Assembly (NCBI GenBank): GCA_965248535.1
Contig: CBDFJR010000002.1
Coordinates: 1,920,001-1,984,000, forward strand
Origin: Phormidesmis sp.
GTDB taxonomy: Bacteria > Cyanobacteriota > Cyanobacteriia > Leptolyngbyales > Leptolyngbyaceae
Length of the DNA: 64,000 nucleotides
Reading direction: 5' to 3'
The position numbers were made by a program, and so were the translations under genes. Of the stretch, positions 18,941-30,475 are shown in pieces; position 1 is the stretch's first letter, and every line of letters starts with the position of its first letter. The notes below the pieces were generated by a model. The model was not told the DNA's origin, made no database searches, and saw nothing but the letters and a program-made list of their open reading frames with translations.

Positions 18941-21900
18941 ATGATTCCTCAGCAACTCACACTCAAGAATTTTTTGAGTTATCGTGCCGCCACCCTAGAC
19001 TTTCGGGGGTTGCACACTGCCTGCGTGTGTGGGTCTAACGGGGCAGGCAAATCGTCGCTGCTAGAGGCGATCGGCTGGGCAATTTGGGGCGAGAGTCGAG
19101 CCGCGATCGAAGACGATGTGATCCACGTCGGTGAAGCCGAAGCGCGAGTTGAGTTTGTGTTTAATATCCACCAACAAACCTACCGCGTGATTAGAACTCG
19201 ACAGCGCGGAAACGGCGTGGCCCTAGAGTTTCAAATTGCCCACGGCTCAGTCAACCCTCCCGGTTCTGACGAGTTGCCCTCCTATCGATCGCTGACCGAA
19301 AAAGGCATTCGAGCCACTCAAAATTTAGTGTTAGAACACTTGAAGCTCGACTACGATACCTTCGTCAACTCAGCCTATCTGCGGCAGGGTCGCGCCGACG
19401 AGTTTATGCTCAAACGGCCGGGCGATCGTAAACAAATTCTCGCTGATCTGCTAAAACTCCAGCGCTACGACGAGCTATCAGAGCAAGCCAAAGACAAATC
19501 ACGCCAGTTTAAAGGGCAGATAGAACTGCTCGAACGAAATTTAGCATCCATTCAGCAACAGTTGCAGCAAACCGACGCGATCGCCCAAGAGCGCACCCAG
19601 CTAGAAGCCACGCTCACGCAAATGCAGCAGCAGCAAACCGCCTATAGTGAGCAGTTGCAAAACCTTTTAGCCAGACAGCAACACCGACAAACTGCAAAAC
19701 AGCAACTCACCTGGCAACAACAGCAGCAACGCACCCTCAATCAAGACTGTCAACGCCTGCAAAAAGAACTCACTCAGATCGATCATCAACGACAAACACT
19801 GTTGGAATTGCTGCAACAAGAACGCACGATCGCAGCAGGCTATCAGCAATGGCAAACTCTGCAACAGCAAGAAGATGGCTTTGCAACAAAATTTCAGGCT
19901 CACCAAGTGGCGCAAACCACACGCCAACACTATCAGCAGCAGCAAACCACCAAACTCAACAGTCTGCAAAATCAGCTACAAAATCTGCAAGCGCAAGGGG
20001 TCGCCCTAGAGCAGCAGTTTCAAGACCTTCAGCACACCCTCAGCAAAGCCGCCGACATCGCAGCCGGAGTCGAGCAACTTCGCCAAGCCCGGCTGCAACT
20101 GACGCATTTAGATCAACTGCAAATGCAGGTGGCTCCTCTGCTTCAGCGCCGTCAACACTTGCAGAGCGACCTCGATCGCGCCTCTACCCGCCTCACCACC
20201 CGCCTCGAAGAATTGAAAGCCTCTGCCCATCAGCTTCAGACCCAACAGCAGCGTCAGCCCAAACTCCAGCGCGCTGCTGTCGAGGTCGCCACTCACATTG
20301 AAGCGTTAGAAAAACTCAAACGCTATCAAGAACAAGTGCGCGAAAAAGGACTAGAGCGCCGCAGCTTTATGGATCGGCTGCAAGCCCACCAGCGCGATCA
20401 CGAAGCCCATCTAGCCGAACTCGATCACAAACTGCGGATGCTCAAACAAGACACCCTGAGCACCTCAGAGCTTGCGACTCTAAACCGGGAGTTGACCGCC
20501 GATCGCGTCCTCAATGATTCCTTGCTTCACGCCGCTGAGTCTTCATCGTCTGCCCCGGCCGTCGCGACGCTAACACAACCCTTGAGCCTTGGTCTTCAAG
20601 ACTCTTCCTATCCGCCTTGCCCGTTGTGCGATCGCCCCCTTGACGAACCTCACTGGCACCTCGTCTTGCAAAAACACGAGCAGCAGCGCCAAGACGTGCT
20701 CGATCAAATTTGGGTGATTCGAGAGCAGCTAGCGGTGTCTGAGCGAGAAATTCAAGTTCTGCGCCGAGAATATGCCGAGTTGGATGCTAAACTCGCCCAA
20801 CTGGGTTCAGCCCTTGAGCGACGCGGACAACTGCAAGAACAGCTTCAAACCACCGCCGACGTGCAAAAAAGCTTAGAGCAACTCACGGCTGAAGCGTCTC
20901 AACTCGAACAAAAACTGCACGATCGCGCCTATGCCACTGACCTTCAAGAAGAATTGACCCTGCTCGATCGCAGCCTGCAACACCTCAACTACGACGAAAA
21001 AGACCACGCCCTAGCTCGCGGAGCCGTCGATCGCTGGCGCTGGGCAGAAATCAAACTCGCCGACATCAAACAAGCCCAGCGCCGACAGACTCAAATCACG
21101 GCCCGGCAGCCAGAGCTAGCGGCCCAAATGACCCAGCTAGACCAGCAAATCGAGCGGCTGCAAGCCGACACCGCCGCCGGGTTTGGGCAGAGCGATCGCC
21201 AAATCGCCGCCATCGGCTATGACTTAGCGCAACACAACGCCCTGCGAGTCGCCCTTAGGCAGGCCCAGCCCTGGCAGTTGCGGTTTCAAGAACTGAGGCA
21301 GGCCCAGCAGCAGTTTCCTCAGGTGCAGCAGCGGCTGCAAGACTTGGCGCAAACGCTCCAGACGCGGCTAAACGAGTTGCAAACCGTGAGTCTCCACACT
21401 CAAGAACTGGTCAGTTATCTAGAGCAAACCCCGGACTTCACCGATCAAATTCAGGCGATCGAACAAGAACTGCAACGCCAACGCCAACAGCTAGATGAAC
21501 AGCTTGCCCGTCTGGGTCGGCTTCAGCAGCAGCAACAGCAGCAAGATGCCCTCAGACTTCAAGACGGTGAACTCAGAACTCAGTTAACTCTGGCCCGTCA
21601 GCAAGGGCGAGTCTATCAAGAACTGGCTTTGGCTTTTGGCAAAAATGGCATTCAGGCCCTCTTGATCGAAAACGTGCTGCCGCAGCTAGAAGCGACCACT
21701 AACCAGATTTTGTCTCGGCTCAGTGCCAATCAACTGCACGTTCAATTTGTGACTCAGCGCAGCGCCCGCAGTGCTAAATCGTCGAGCAAATCGGCCCGAG
21801 GCATCACCCAAAATTCCAAGTCGATCGAGACCCTCGACATTCTGATCGCCGATGCTCACGGCACGCGCCCTTATGAAACCTATTCTGGCGGCGAGGCCTT

Positions 21901-22168
21901 TCGGGTTAATTTTGCGATTCGGCTGGCGTTAGCTCGATTGTTGTCGCACCGATCGGGCACTGCTCTGCAAATGCTGATCGTCGATGAAGGGTTTGGCACC
22001 CAAGATCAAGAAGGCTGCGATCGCTTGATTGCGGCCATTAACGCGATCGCGCCTGATTTTTCCTGCATTCTCACCGTGACCCATATGCCCTATTTTCGCG
22101 AGGCGTTTCAAGCCCGCATTGAGGTCACCAAAACGTCAGAAGGCTCACAGATTATGCTCTGTCTCTAG
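18941..22168 (+). CDS. sbcC: SbcC/Rad50 SMC-like ATPase
   Basis: GSNGAGKSS, CPLC zinc hook between coiled coils, YSGGE signature, LIVDEGFG. Confidence 0.93.
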   Translation: MIPQQLTLKNFLSYRAATLDFRGLHTACVCGSNGAGKSSLLEAIGWAIWGESRAAIEDDVIHVGEAEARVEFVFNIHQQTYRVIRTRQRGNGVALEFQIAHGSVNPPGSDELPSYRSLTEKGIRATQNLVLEHLKLDYDTFVNSAYLRQGRADEFMLKRPGDRKQILADLLKLQRYDELSEQAKDKSRQFKGQIELLERNLASIQQQLQQTDAIAQERTQLEATLTQMQQQQTAYSEQLQNLLARQQHRQTAKQQLTWQQQQQRTLNQDCQRLQKELTQIDHQRQTLLELLQQERTIAAGYQQWQTLQQQEDGFATKFQAHQVAQTTRQHYQQQQTTKLNSLQNQLQNLQAQGVALEQQFQDLQHTLSKAADIAAGVEQLRQARLQLTHLDQLQMQVAPLLQRRQHLQSDLDRASTRLTTRLEELKASAHQLQTQQQRQPKLQRAAVEVATHIEALEKLKRYQEQVREKGLERRSFMDRLQAHQRDHEAHLAELDHKLRMLKQDTLSTSELATLNRELTADRVLNDSLLHAAESSSSAPAVATLTQPLSLGLQDSSYPPCPLCDRPLDEPHWHLVLQKHEQQRQDVLDQIWVIREQLAVSEREIQVLRREYAELDAKLAQLGSALERRGQLQEQLQTTADVQKSLEQLTAEASQLEQKLHDRAYATDLQEELTLLDRSLQHLNYDEKDHALARGAVDRWRWAEIKLADIKQAQRRQTQITARQPELAAQMTQLDQQIERLQADTAAGFGQSDRQIAAIGYDLAQHNALRVALRQAQPWQLRFQELRQAQQQFPQVQQRLQDLAQTLQTRLNELQTVSLHTQELVSYLEQTPDFTDQIQAIEQELQRQRQQLDEQLARLGRLQQQQQQQDALRLQDGELRTQLTLARQQGRVYQELALAFGKNGIQALLIENVLPQLEATTNQILSRLSANQLHVQFVTQRSARSAKSSSKSARGITQNSKSIETLDILIADAHGTRPYETYSGGEAFRVNFAIRLALARLLSHRSGTALQMLIVDEGFGTQDQEGCDRLIAAINAIAPDFSCILTVTHMPYFREAFQARIEVTKTSEGSQIMLCL

Positions 22169-22304
22169 CAAAATCTGTCAAGTGTTCTTCCCGAAACCGA
22201 GGACGATCGGATTTGCCTAAAAAAAGACAACCCCAAATCGGAGTTGCCTAGTTAAGTCTGGAAAGGTGAATATAAAGAGTTACTCCTAAGGAATCATTGG
22301 AAAA

Positions 22305-22670
<366 letters not shown>

Positions 22671-22726
22671 TTAGTCTATCAATCTCTCAGCATGACTCTT
22701 CTATCACCGTTAGCTAGCAGCGATTT

Positions 22727-22740
22727 GTAACGACGACTAC
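22727..22740. promoter_or_regulatory. NtcA-binding site upstream of glnB
   Basis: GTA-ACGACGAC-TAC (GTA-N8-TAC) 84 nt upstream of the start; no canonical -10 seen at the 22-nt spacing. Confidence 0.7.
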
Positions 22741-22910
22741 CCTTTTAGATTGAAGTCATGCTTTTTTGCGTAGTTATAGTCTAGAGTCTCCCACGATCGC
22801 ACCCCGATTTTTTTGACGAACTGTTGCACACCTGGCGAGACTAGCGATCGTTTTATCAAGATTTGTGGCAACGTGTAACGTGTTCTCAGACTGGACGATT
22901 TCAGATCTGT

Positions 22911-23501
22911 CTATTTATTGCCAGAGGGCAAAAGCGGGCGCACAATCAAAAAGCCAGTGCCAAAAGCTGTAATCACGATCGTGACAATAATTAGCCCCAA
23001 CAGCCACCCACTCAACTCAGCCGGGCGCTTGTCAGACTGCATCTTGCGACGAGGCTGACTCTCATGCTCAAAAACCAACTCATCTGACAAAAGGGCAGAC
23101 TCGTTAGACTCTACTCCATAAGGCTTGGGCAGAGGCGGTGCAGGCGGACGCGACCCCGCAGAAGCCTTAAATCTAGCCTCTAGGTCGGGCATCACATCCC
23201 CAAGAGCGATTTGCGGCAGATCCATATTTACAGGCGGCAAACTGCTGACCACTTGACGAAGATGCAGAGTCGTCAAGGCAGCTTTTTCGACCTCTTGGCG
23301 CAGATAATTATTTTGCTTGGCTAACTGCTGGTTTTGCGCTTTGAGCGCCTCGACGGTTGACTTAGAAGCCTGAAGTTCTGCGGTCACCTCGCGATAGAGA
23401 GAAATGGGCACAGACGGAGAATAGGAACTGGCAGACGAGGCTGGTTGCCCAGATGCTTTAGCAGTCCGCGCAGAGGGTTGAGGGTTCACATTAGAAGTCA
23501 T
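22911..23501 (-). CDS. Coiled-coil protein with C-terminal TM anchor
   Basis: SVPISLYREVTAELQ coiled coil and a C-terminal hydrophobic helix. Confidence 0.75.
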   Translation of the reverse strand: MTSNVNPQPSARTAKASGQPASSASSYSPSVPISLYREVTAELQASKSTVEALKAQNQQLAKQNNYLRQEVEKAALTTLHLRQVVSSLPPVNMDLPQIALGDVMPDLEARFKASAGSRPPAPPLPKPYGVESNESALLSDELVFEHESQPRRKMQSDKRPAELSGWLLGLIIVTIVITAFGTGFLIVRPLLPSGNK

Positions 23502-23825
23502 AAATTTGCATCACCACAGTCAAACAGTCAGCAGAGTCTGAAAACTATGCCACAGAATAGCTGTAATTTAGGCAATTGCGGCAAAAATAGTCAAAAAATT
23601 TGGCAAAAATCGCCAGGGTAGCGGCGAAATTCTCTCAATCGGTCAAAAGATGGCTCAGAAAGTCTCAAATCCATCCAAAACAAGGGCAAGAGACCCTAGT
23701 GTACTGTGCCTTTTCGGTAGAGGCACGACATCGCCTATCCCACCCAAACTCGCCCACAAGATTGCTATGATCGATCGGTTTTAGAATAGTGACTATCTAC
23801 TGAATTTTATGATCTGCCAATCCCC

Positions 23826-24239
23826 ATGACTCAACCTCACTCTCAAGAAACGCTGTCGGCTCCAGAAGTCAAATATGGCGAACGCATTATCGAAGAAGGT
23901 GGGCTGATCACCTTTCCCAATCCGCGACCGGGGCGGCGCTATACGATCGCCATCACGTTGCCAGAATTTACCTGCAAATGTCCGTTTTCTGGCTACCCCG
24001 ACTTTGGGACTATTTACGTCACCTATATGCCTGATCAGCGAGTGGTCGAGCTAAAAGCCATCAAGCTTTATATCAATAGTTACCGCGATCGCTACATCTC
24101 TCACGAAGAGTCTGCCAACCAAATTTTGGATGATCTGGTCGCCGCTTGCGATCCGTTAGAAATCAACGTCAGAGCCGACTATACGCCCCGTGGCAACGTG
24201 CACACCGTCGTTGAGGTCAACCACAAAAAAGGCGAATAG
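23826..24239 (+). CDS. queF: NADPH-dependent 7-cyano-7-deazaguanine (preQ0) reductase
   Basis: PEFTCKCPFSGYPDF, VELKAIKLY, SHEE, PRGN. Confidence 0.95.
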   Translation: MTQPHSQETLSAPEVKYGERIIEEGGLITFPNPRPGRRYTIAITLPEFTCKCPFSGYPDFGTIYVTYMPDQRVVELKAIKLYINSYRDRYISHEESANQILDDLVAACDPLEINVRADYTPRGNVHTVVEVNHKKGE

Positions 24240-24241
24240 GC

Positions 24242-24622
24242 TCATCTCGTCCATCGGCGGAGCGCCTTCACCCAAGCCCAGCCTAAAAAGCTGCCCACAA
24301 AATAAGGGGGAAAGTCTGACCAACTAAAGGTGTTGCCCAAGACCAATCTCCCTGGTAGGGTGGCGCGAATGGCTTGCAGCAATGGCGGCTTCCAGAGTTG
24401 AAGGAACTCGATCGCGCAGGATGCGAGACAAACGGCGATCGCTACTCGCATCACAGACGCTTTGGGAAAGCAGCCCATCACCAGCAAAATCCAAAAAATC
24501 TGGTAGGCGAGACTGCCGCCAATGTCATGCAGCCATTCCGCCCCAAACTGGGAAAACCTCACCCAATAGCCGATGGGAATAAGCACGATCGCGCACATGA
24601 AAAGAGCAACTCGATCAGACAT
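24242..24622 (-). CDS. DUF2809 family membrane protein
   Basis: IEFLQLW..LQAIRATLPGRLVLGNTFSWSD. Confidence 0.82.
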   Translation of the reverse strand: MSDRVALFMCAIVLIPIGYWVRFSQFGAEWLHDIGGSLAYQIFWILLVMGCFPKASVMRVAIAVCLASCAIEFLQLWKPPLLQAIRATLPGRLVLGNTFSWSDFPPYFVGSFLGWAWVKALRRWTR

Positions 24623-24704
24623 AATCAGTCCATAAAGGTTGAGATCTATTCAAACTGGTGTCATTAAGGGGGTAGAAACCAGCGCTATTCGCGGCTTAAG
24701 ATCA

Positions 24705-26108
24705 TCAAACTCCGGCCAGTTGAGTGCTTGTTTCTAAAGCATTTTCTTGTCGATCGCTAATCTGATCCAACATTTCTAAAAACTCGCGCTCAAAGGTAAC
24801 TTGAGCACGGTTGGTGTTGCCACCAATATAAAACTTGCCGTCTTTTTGCAACGCCCAAATCTGGGAATGAGACACATAGCTCATCATCGTGCTGATCATC
24901 AGCAAGCCAAAGCCTAGATACACGATCGGGATGCCCGGATCGGCTTTGATTTGTAGACCTGTGCTGCCGATGATGTCGGCGATCGCCAACGTCACGCCTT
25001 TGACTTGCACCGACATTCCTTTACGGACGGTTGAGATCAGCTTGCCATCGGTGTCATAGATCAGCAGCAGCCCCTGTAAGTCTCTCGCAATTAGAGACAC
25101 GCCATCACTCAAGTCAGGCTTAAGCGGCACCCAAGTGCCCCAAACTCGACTGCCGATCGTCTCTAGCTTCGCCATCGGAAACTGCAAAACTGGACTTTTG
25201 TTGAGTTTGACTTGCACCGCCGCGATCGACCAATCTGCCTGATAGAGGGTCACGCCGTTGTGTTTGAGCGGTTCATTAACGTGAATGGTTTTGCGATCGA
25301 CCTCTTTGCCGTCGTTGTCTAAAACGGAGAGATCGGAGTAAAACTGATCAATCTCACCCGTGGGCAAATAATCAATCCAAAACCGATTGACTTTGACAGC
25401 CCAATCTTTGGGAAATTGAGGCTCTGCCCACGGCCCCGCGTCAATGATGTTTTTGATCAGAAATGTTGACCCACTCGGAGCCGATTCTTGAGCCATAAAG
25501 CCTGTCATTGCCCCCACAACACCGCCGATCAAAATCAGCATCATGCTGACGTGAACGACGATCGGGCCAATTCTCCCAATAATGCCTTTGCGGGCGTAGA
25601 TCGTTTCACCACTGCGAAACACGCGATAGCGACGTTTTTCTAATAGAGAAACAGCTTCTTCTAAGGAGGCAGACTCAAACTCAGCGCTCAAGGCAAACTT
25701 TTGAAACTGGCGCGGCTGGGTATAAAACTTGCTGGTGTTGCGCGTAAACCACCGCAGCGCGGGCAACTGGCGTACAAAGGTGCAGGCGGTCAGGCTAGAG
25801 CCAAAGAGAATCAGCAGCGCCAGATACCACCAGGTGCGGTAGACGTGATCAAACCCAGCCGTTAGCAACACCTTCCAGGTGAGAAAGCCAAACAGGGCAG
25901 GGTGTTCGGGATAGTTGGTTTGATAAAACGAGAGGGATTGCCCCTGCTCGATCACGGTGCCTGAAATGCTAAAGATAGCGATCGCTAATAGCAGCACGAT
26001 CGCCAGTCGCAAATCTGCCAGCAGCGGCAGCAGTTCTTTTTTGAAATAGCGTTTAGGAGCCGATCCCCAATCGGATAGCTGCATCAGAAACGAACGATCT
26101 GTCGTCAT
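24705..26108 (-). CDS. ccs1: Cytochrome c biogenesis protein Ccs1/CcsB (ResB family)
   Basis: [35 protein letters not shown]. Confidence 0.93.
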   Translation of the reverse strand: MTTDRSFLMQLSDWGSAPKRYFKKELLPLLADLRLAIVLLLAIAIFSISGTVIEQGQSLSFYQTNYPEHPALFGFLTWKVLLTAGFDHVYRTWWYLALLILFGSSLTACTFVRQLPALRWFTRNTSKFYTQPRQFQKFALSAEFESASLEEAVSLLEKRRYRVFRSGETIYARKGIIGRIGPIVVHVSMMLILIGGVVGAMTGFMAQESAPSGSTFLIKNIIDAGPWAEPQFPKDWAVKVNRFWIDYLPTGEIDQFYSDLSVLDNDGKEVDRKTIHVNEPLKHNGVTLYQADWSIAAVQVKLNKSPVLQFPMAKLETIGSRVWGTWVPLKPDLSDGVSLIARDLQGLLLIYDTDGKLISTVRKGMSVQVKGVTLAIADIIGSTGLQIKADPGIPIVYLGFGLLMISTMMSYVSHSQIWALQKDGKFYIGGNTNRAQVTFEREFLEMLDQISDRQENALETSTQLAGV

Positions 26109-26110
26109 GT

Positions 26111-26857
26111 TTAATTAAAAAAGTTAATTCTAGAAAGCAGCGAAAACACACCAAACCCAACCAACAAACTGCCACTGACAGGATTAATCCAACCTGACCA
26201 GCGCCGCAACTCTAATAGTTTTTTAATCGATGCGGTAAACGTGCCCGCTAACACAAGCGGAGCCACATAGCCAGCGGTGTAGCACAGCAGCAGCGTGCCG
26301 CCCACAAAGGGATCTTGAGTGGTCGAGATCCAGGTCAATAGCGTCGCCAAAACGGGCGTGCTGCACGGAGAGGCGACCAATCCAAAGGTTAGCCCGATCA
26401 GATAAGACCGCACCCCCGCAGGCAGGTCTGGCGAGATCCACTCAGTGCCACCCCAAGATGGCAACCGCAAGGGTAATGCTTCTAAAAGGTTTAGCCCCAT
26501 GATGATCGCTACAAGACTGACCACGATCGGGAGTCCGATCCCAATCTGCCCATAGACTTGACCGACGACGGTGGCAAAAATTCCTAGCCCGGCCAGGGTG
26601 GTGGCCAGCCCTAACGAAAACCAGAGAGATTGCGCCGCCGCCTGCATTCGGCTTTGGGTCTCATAGCCGCCGATATACCCGATCGTGATCGGCAACATTG
26701 ATAACGTGCAGGGAGTCAAACTCGTGAGCAACCCGGCGGCAAAAATCACGCCGACGCTGATTAGAGACAAATGAGTTAACTGATTAGAGACTAGATGATT
26801 GGCAAACTGCTCTAGCTCGTACAGACGGGTTTGAAAGGCTTCTAGCATAGGGTTCAA
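26111..26857 (-). CDS. ccdA: Cytochrome c biogenesis protein CcdA
   Basis: [12 protein letters not shown] and ASPCSTPVL motifs. Confidence 0.93.
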   Translation of the reverse strand: MNPMLEAFQTRLYELEQFANHLVSNQLTHLSLISVGVIFAAGLLTSLTPCTLSMLPITIGYIGGYETQSRMQAAAQSLWFSLGLATTLAGLGIFATVVGQVYGQIGIGLPIVVSLVAIIMGLNLLEALPLRLPSWGGTEWISPDLPAGVRSYLIGLTFGLVASPCSTPVLATLLTWISTTQDPFVGGTLLLCYTAGYVAPLVLAGTFTASIKKLLELRRWSGWINPVSGSLLVGFGVFSLLSRINFFN

Positions 26858-26973
26858 GGATCGGGGGCAATTCTTTCGACTTGACCACTCCGAATTTAGA
26901 GTGAGGGCGTTAACTCAATGATTACGCTGCTTTAAGCGCCACTCATATTCTACTGATCTTCTGACCACTCAAA

Positions 26974-28263
26974 TTAAGGAGCGTTGCGAGGTCTAAATCG
27001 TCTCGGCTCTGAAGGCGCTTTAGTCTGCGGCTCTGAGGCGGGCTTACGTCGCCATCGTCCTTTTGCAGGGTGGGGAGTCAGTTTAGAAGGCGAGACGGGT
27101 TTGGCGGCTCGTCGCTCTGGCAAAGAGACGACTTCTGCTTCGCTGCTTTCTCGCGCCACTCGAATTAATAATGCTGTCGAGATTAGGCTAGAAATCATAG
27201 AACTGCCGCCATAGCTAAAGAAGGGGAAGGGCAACCCAGTGGTGGGTAGTGCTCCGGTGGCGACGGCGATATTCAATAGCGACTGACCGACCATAAGCAC
27301 CATGATGCCGATCGCCACTAATCGCTGCACGGTAGTTCGGGCTTTGCGGGCGATGATTAGCGCCAGGGTGCCATAGGTTAACAGCAAGATGATCAGCAGA
27401 CTGCTGCCGACCAAGCCGAATTCTTCGGCAAAAATGGCAAAAATAAAGTCGGTGTATTGAATGGGTAAGTAGCCCATTTTTTGCTGCGAGAGTCCGAACC
27501 CGGTGCCAAAGGTGCCGCCTGACCCGATCGCCAACAGACTTTGAATGAGTTGATAGCCATCTTGCGCCGGGTCAGCCCACGGATTCATAAATGACATGAT
27601 CCGCTTGCGCTGATATTCTCGCAGGCTGATGCTCAAAGTTGCCAACAGCAGACCGCCGCCCGCCGTGCACCAGAGATAGACGTAGGGCAGCCCGGCAGCC
27701 AGGGCGACCAGCCAGAGCGTGATCCCACAGAGGGCGGTGGTGCTAAGGTTGGGCTGAAGCAAAATGCCCACCAGCATGATGCAAAAAATGCTGACCCAGG
27801 TGATACGAGTTGCCCACGAAAGTCGCTCCCACTGCCCAAAAATGCGCGCCGATTGCAGCACCAGAAAGGGTTTGATTAACTCCGAGGGTTGCAGCAAAAA
27901 CGGGCCAAGGGCGATCCATCGGGCACCGCCCCCGATCGAGGTGCCGATCCCCGGCAATAGCGTGACGAGAATTCCGCCGAGACAGATAAGCAAGAACCAG
28001 TCAGCGATCCCCAAAACATAGCGCAAGGGCGTATGGACGAGCAGATTAAACCCGATCATGCCAATCAAGACAGCCAAAACTTGCCGCTTGATGTAGTACA
28101 AACCGTCGCCAAAATCGGCATCCCCCACTGGGTAAGAGGCTGAAAACATCACCGCCAGCCCCACAAACAGCCAAAGAAACGTCAGCCATCGCAAAATGCG
28201 GGCTTCTGCTGCCCAATCTTGAGCCGTCGTATCAAAAAAAGGAATTAGTTGGCGCAACTTCAC
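26974..28263 (-). CDS. ftsW: SEDS peptidoglycan polymerase FtsW
   Basis: GARWI, QPSE, GYQLIQSL, TDFIFA, PFFSYGGSS. Confidence 0.88.
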   Translation of the reverse strand: MKLRQLIPFFDTTAQDWAAEARILRWLTFLWLFVGLAVMFSASYPVGDADFGDGLYYIKRQVLAVLIGMIGFNLLVHTPLRYVLGIADWFLLICLGGILVTLLPGIGTSIGGGARWIALGPFLLQPSELIKPFLVLQSARIFGQWERLSWATRITWVSIFCIMLVGILLQPNLSTTALCGITLWLVALAAGLPYVYLWCTAGGGLLLATLSISLREYQRKRIMSFMNPWADPAQDGYQLIQSLLAIGSGGTFGTGFGLSQQKMGYLPIQYTDFIFAIFAEEFGLVGSSLLIILLLTYGTLALIIARKARTTVQRLVAIGIMVLMVGQSLLNIAVATGALPTTGLPFPFFSYGGSSMISSLISTALLIRVARESSEAEVVSLPERRAAKPVSPSKLTPHPAKGRWRRKPASEPQTKAPSEPRRFRPRNAP

Positions 28264-28393
28264 AGCGATCGCTCTCCATCACGGGCGGCACCCCTTAGGG
28301 GAAGGTGTCAGATTACAGGGGTTAATGACCATTGGCATCCGAGTTAACCCTGAGTTAAAAAATTGACCCTGATTAATCGATACGTTAAGTAGA

Positions 28394-28997
28394 TTATTGA
28401 TTTCTAATTTGGGCTTCTAATAGGTCTATGTCGTCTCTGAGAAATAGCGTTAGTCGCCCTGAGTAGGCGCGACCTTCAGGCGTTTGGGCGATTTCTAACC
28501 AATATCCATAGCGACTTCCGCGCCGCAGTTCTCCTTGCAGAGAGGCGATTAAGGGATTATTCTGAGCGATCGCTTGCTGAACGGTGACTTCACTGGGGTA
28601 GCTGTAAACCACCTGGGCCCGATCGAAATCCTGAGAGATTTCTGAACCATAAATGGCTCTGAGAGATTCTTTGAGACGCTCTTGGCTCACGCCGTTTTGC
28701 ATATCAAACAACATCAGCCGCTCACTGCGAATGATGCCCGCGTTGGGCGATCGCTTGAGTCCGTCCTGGCGGCAGCAGCGACGCTTCAAAGGTAAATCGT
28801 TGAGCCGCCGTACTGCTCTTAGTGACCAAAAACTTTTCGCCACGGCTAGGGCGCAGCGTTGAGTTTGCTTGCATCCAGGCTGCCACTTCTTTAGTGGTTT
28901 GACCGGGTAGTGCTCTGGCGGGGTTGGCTCCTGAGATCAGCAGCAGTCCAAATCCCCCAAGTCTCAATAATTTTGAGCCAAATCGAATCCTGTTCAT
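28394..28997 (-). CDS. Exported hypothetical protein split by a 1-nt frameshift near 28760
   Basis: Signal peptide ARA-LPGQT; joining the frames gives ..LLPPGRLKRSPNAGIIRSER.. Confidence 0.65.
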
Positions 28998-29054
28998 AAA
29001 AAAGTCCGATCTAAACCAATGTCTTTTGGATGGCCGCCGTTCGATCTTGCTTCT

Positions 29055-30080
29055 CTAAGGCACGATCGCCACTTTCACGACTTTGCGCTGCTTCATATCT
29101 TGAAACACCTGTTCTAAATTCTTTAACGGTTGGCGATCGCTGATCAGCAACTCAAAGGGAACGGTGTGACTCGCAATCAGGGCAAGCGCGGCTCTGACAA
29201 ACTCAGGCGTGTTGTGGAAGACCCCTTTGAGAGTCAGTTCATTGTAGTGGAGTTGTTCGGTGTTGACGGTAATTGTTGTATCGCGTGGGCAGCCGCCAAA
29301 TAAATTCACCGTGGCACCCGGACGGGCACAGGCGATCGCCGTCTCCCAAGCCGCCGGAACGCCCGTCGCCTCAATCACCACATCTGCGCCCCAGCCATCG
29401 GTCAAGTCTCGCACTAGATGAGGCAAATCGGTCACTTGCCGATAGTTAAAGGTTTTAGCCGCGCCGAATTTTTTGCCAATCTCCAATCGAGCCTCACTGC
29501 CGCCAAACAAAAACACCTCGGCAGATTGTTGAGCTAGAGCCGCCACAAACATGAGTCCGATCGCGCCATCGCCCAACAGCACCACCCGATCGCCCGGTTT
29601 GACGTTGGATCTAGCTACGCCATGCAGCACACAGGCTAGCGGCTCAGTCATCGCAGCTAGGTCATCTGACACGCCTGCGGGAATGGAGAGCAGATTATGG
29701 CGCACGATCGGGGCCGGAATTTTCAGATATTTAGCAAAGGTGCCGTTGTTGAAGGTCAGATCGGTGCAGAGCGAAAATTCTTGGCGATGGCAAAAAAAAC
29801 AGCTTAGGCAAGGAGCAGAATTGTTGGCAACGACACGATCGCCCACTTCCCAACCCGTCACGCCTGCGCCCAGTGCCACAATCTGTCCAGCAGCCTCGTG
29901 CCCAAACAACGTGGGAGGTTTGAGCATTTTGGCGTGTCCGCCTCGTCGCCAGACCTTTAGATCGGTTCCGCAGGTGGTGGCAGCCCCGACGGCCATGACG
30001 ACCTCTCCATCGGCAGGCGTAGGGTCAGGCACGGTTTCTAAACGCAGGTCTTCTTGACCATAAAGCAGGGCGGCTAACAC
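29055..30080 (-). CDS. Zinc-dependent medium-chain alcohol dehydrogenase (sorbitol/threonine DH-like)
   Basis: CGTD, GHE, CxxCxxCx7C, GDGAIG. Confidence 0.9.
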   Translation of the reverse strand: MLAALLYGQEDLRLETVPDPTPADGEVVMAVGAATTCGTDLKVWRRGGHAKMLKPPTLFGHEAAGQIVALGAGVTGWEVGDRVVANNSAPCLSCFFCHRQEFSLCTDLTFNNGTFAKYLKIPAPIVRHNLLSIPAGVSDDLAAMTEPLACVLHGVARSNVKPGDRVVLLGDGAIGLMFVAALAQQSAEVFLFGGSEARLEIGKKFGAAKTFNYRQVTDLPHLVRDLTDGWGADVVIEATGVPAAWETAIACARPGATVNLFGGCPRDTTITVNTEQLHYNELTLKGVFHNTPEFVRAALALIASHTVPFELLISDRQPLKNLEQVFQDMKQRKVVKVAIVP

Positions 30081-30212
30081 AGCGATCGACTCTCTAATAA
30101 GATTGCTCCAAAATCTTACAGGGTTTTGCAGGATCAGCGATTGCGATCGTCAGCCGTCAAATTTGTAAACACAGCTTCTATGCTTAGAGGGAAGCGATTA
30201 ACAGGAGACTGC

Positions 30213-30392
30213 ATGTTTAATCTAGGCTGGACAGAGGTTGTGATTGTTTGCGTCGTCGCAATTCTGGTTTTTGGGCCCAAAAAAATTCCTGAACTCGGCA
30301 GCACGTTTGGCAAGACGCTGCGAAGCTTTAAAGAGGGCATCAGCAAACCCGAAGAAGAACCTGACAAGCCCGATCACGACTACGAGGGTTAG
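30213..30392 (+). CDS. tatA: Twin-arginine translocase TatA/E
   Basis: LVFGPKKIPELG..FKEG; AGGAG RBS before ATG 30213. Confidence 0.93.
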   Translation: MFNLGWTEVVIVCVVAILVFGPKKIPELGSTFGKTLRSFKEGISKPEEEPDKPDHDYEG

Positions 30393-30402
30393 CTCAATGA
30401 AA

Positions 30403-30453
30403 AGATTTCCGACTTCTTTCAAGAAGTCGGAAATCTAAAGAAGTCGGAGATCT
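30403..30453. repeat. REP-like hairpin with a third arm between convergent tatA and cphA
   Basis: AGATTTCCGACTTCTT-TC-AAGAAGTCGGAAATCT followed by AAGAAGTCGGAGATCT. Confidence 0.75.
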
Positions 30454-30475
30454 TTCGTTAGCTGTCTGCGATCGT

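Noticed and set aside
19540..21600. CAG/CAA-rich low-complexity tract
   Set aside because: Explained by the Gln-rich coiled coils of SbcC.
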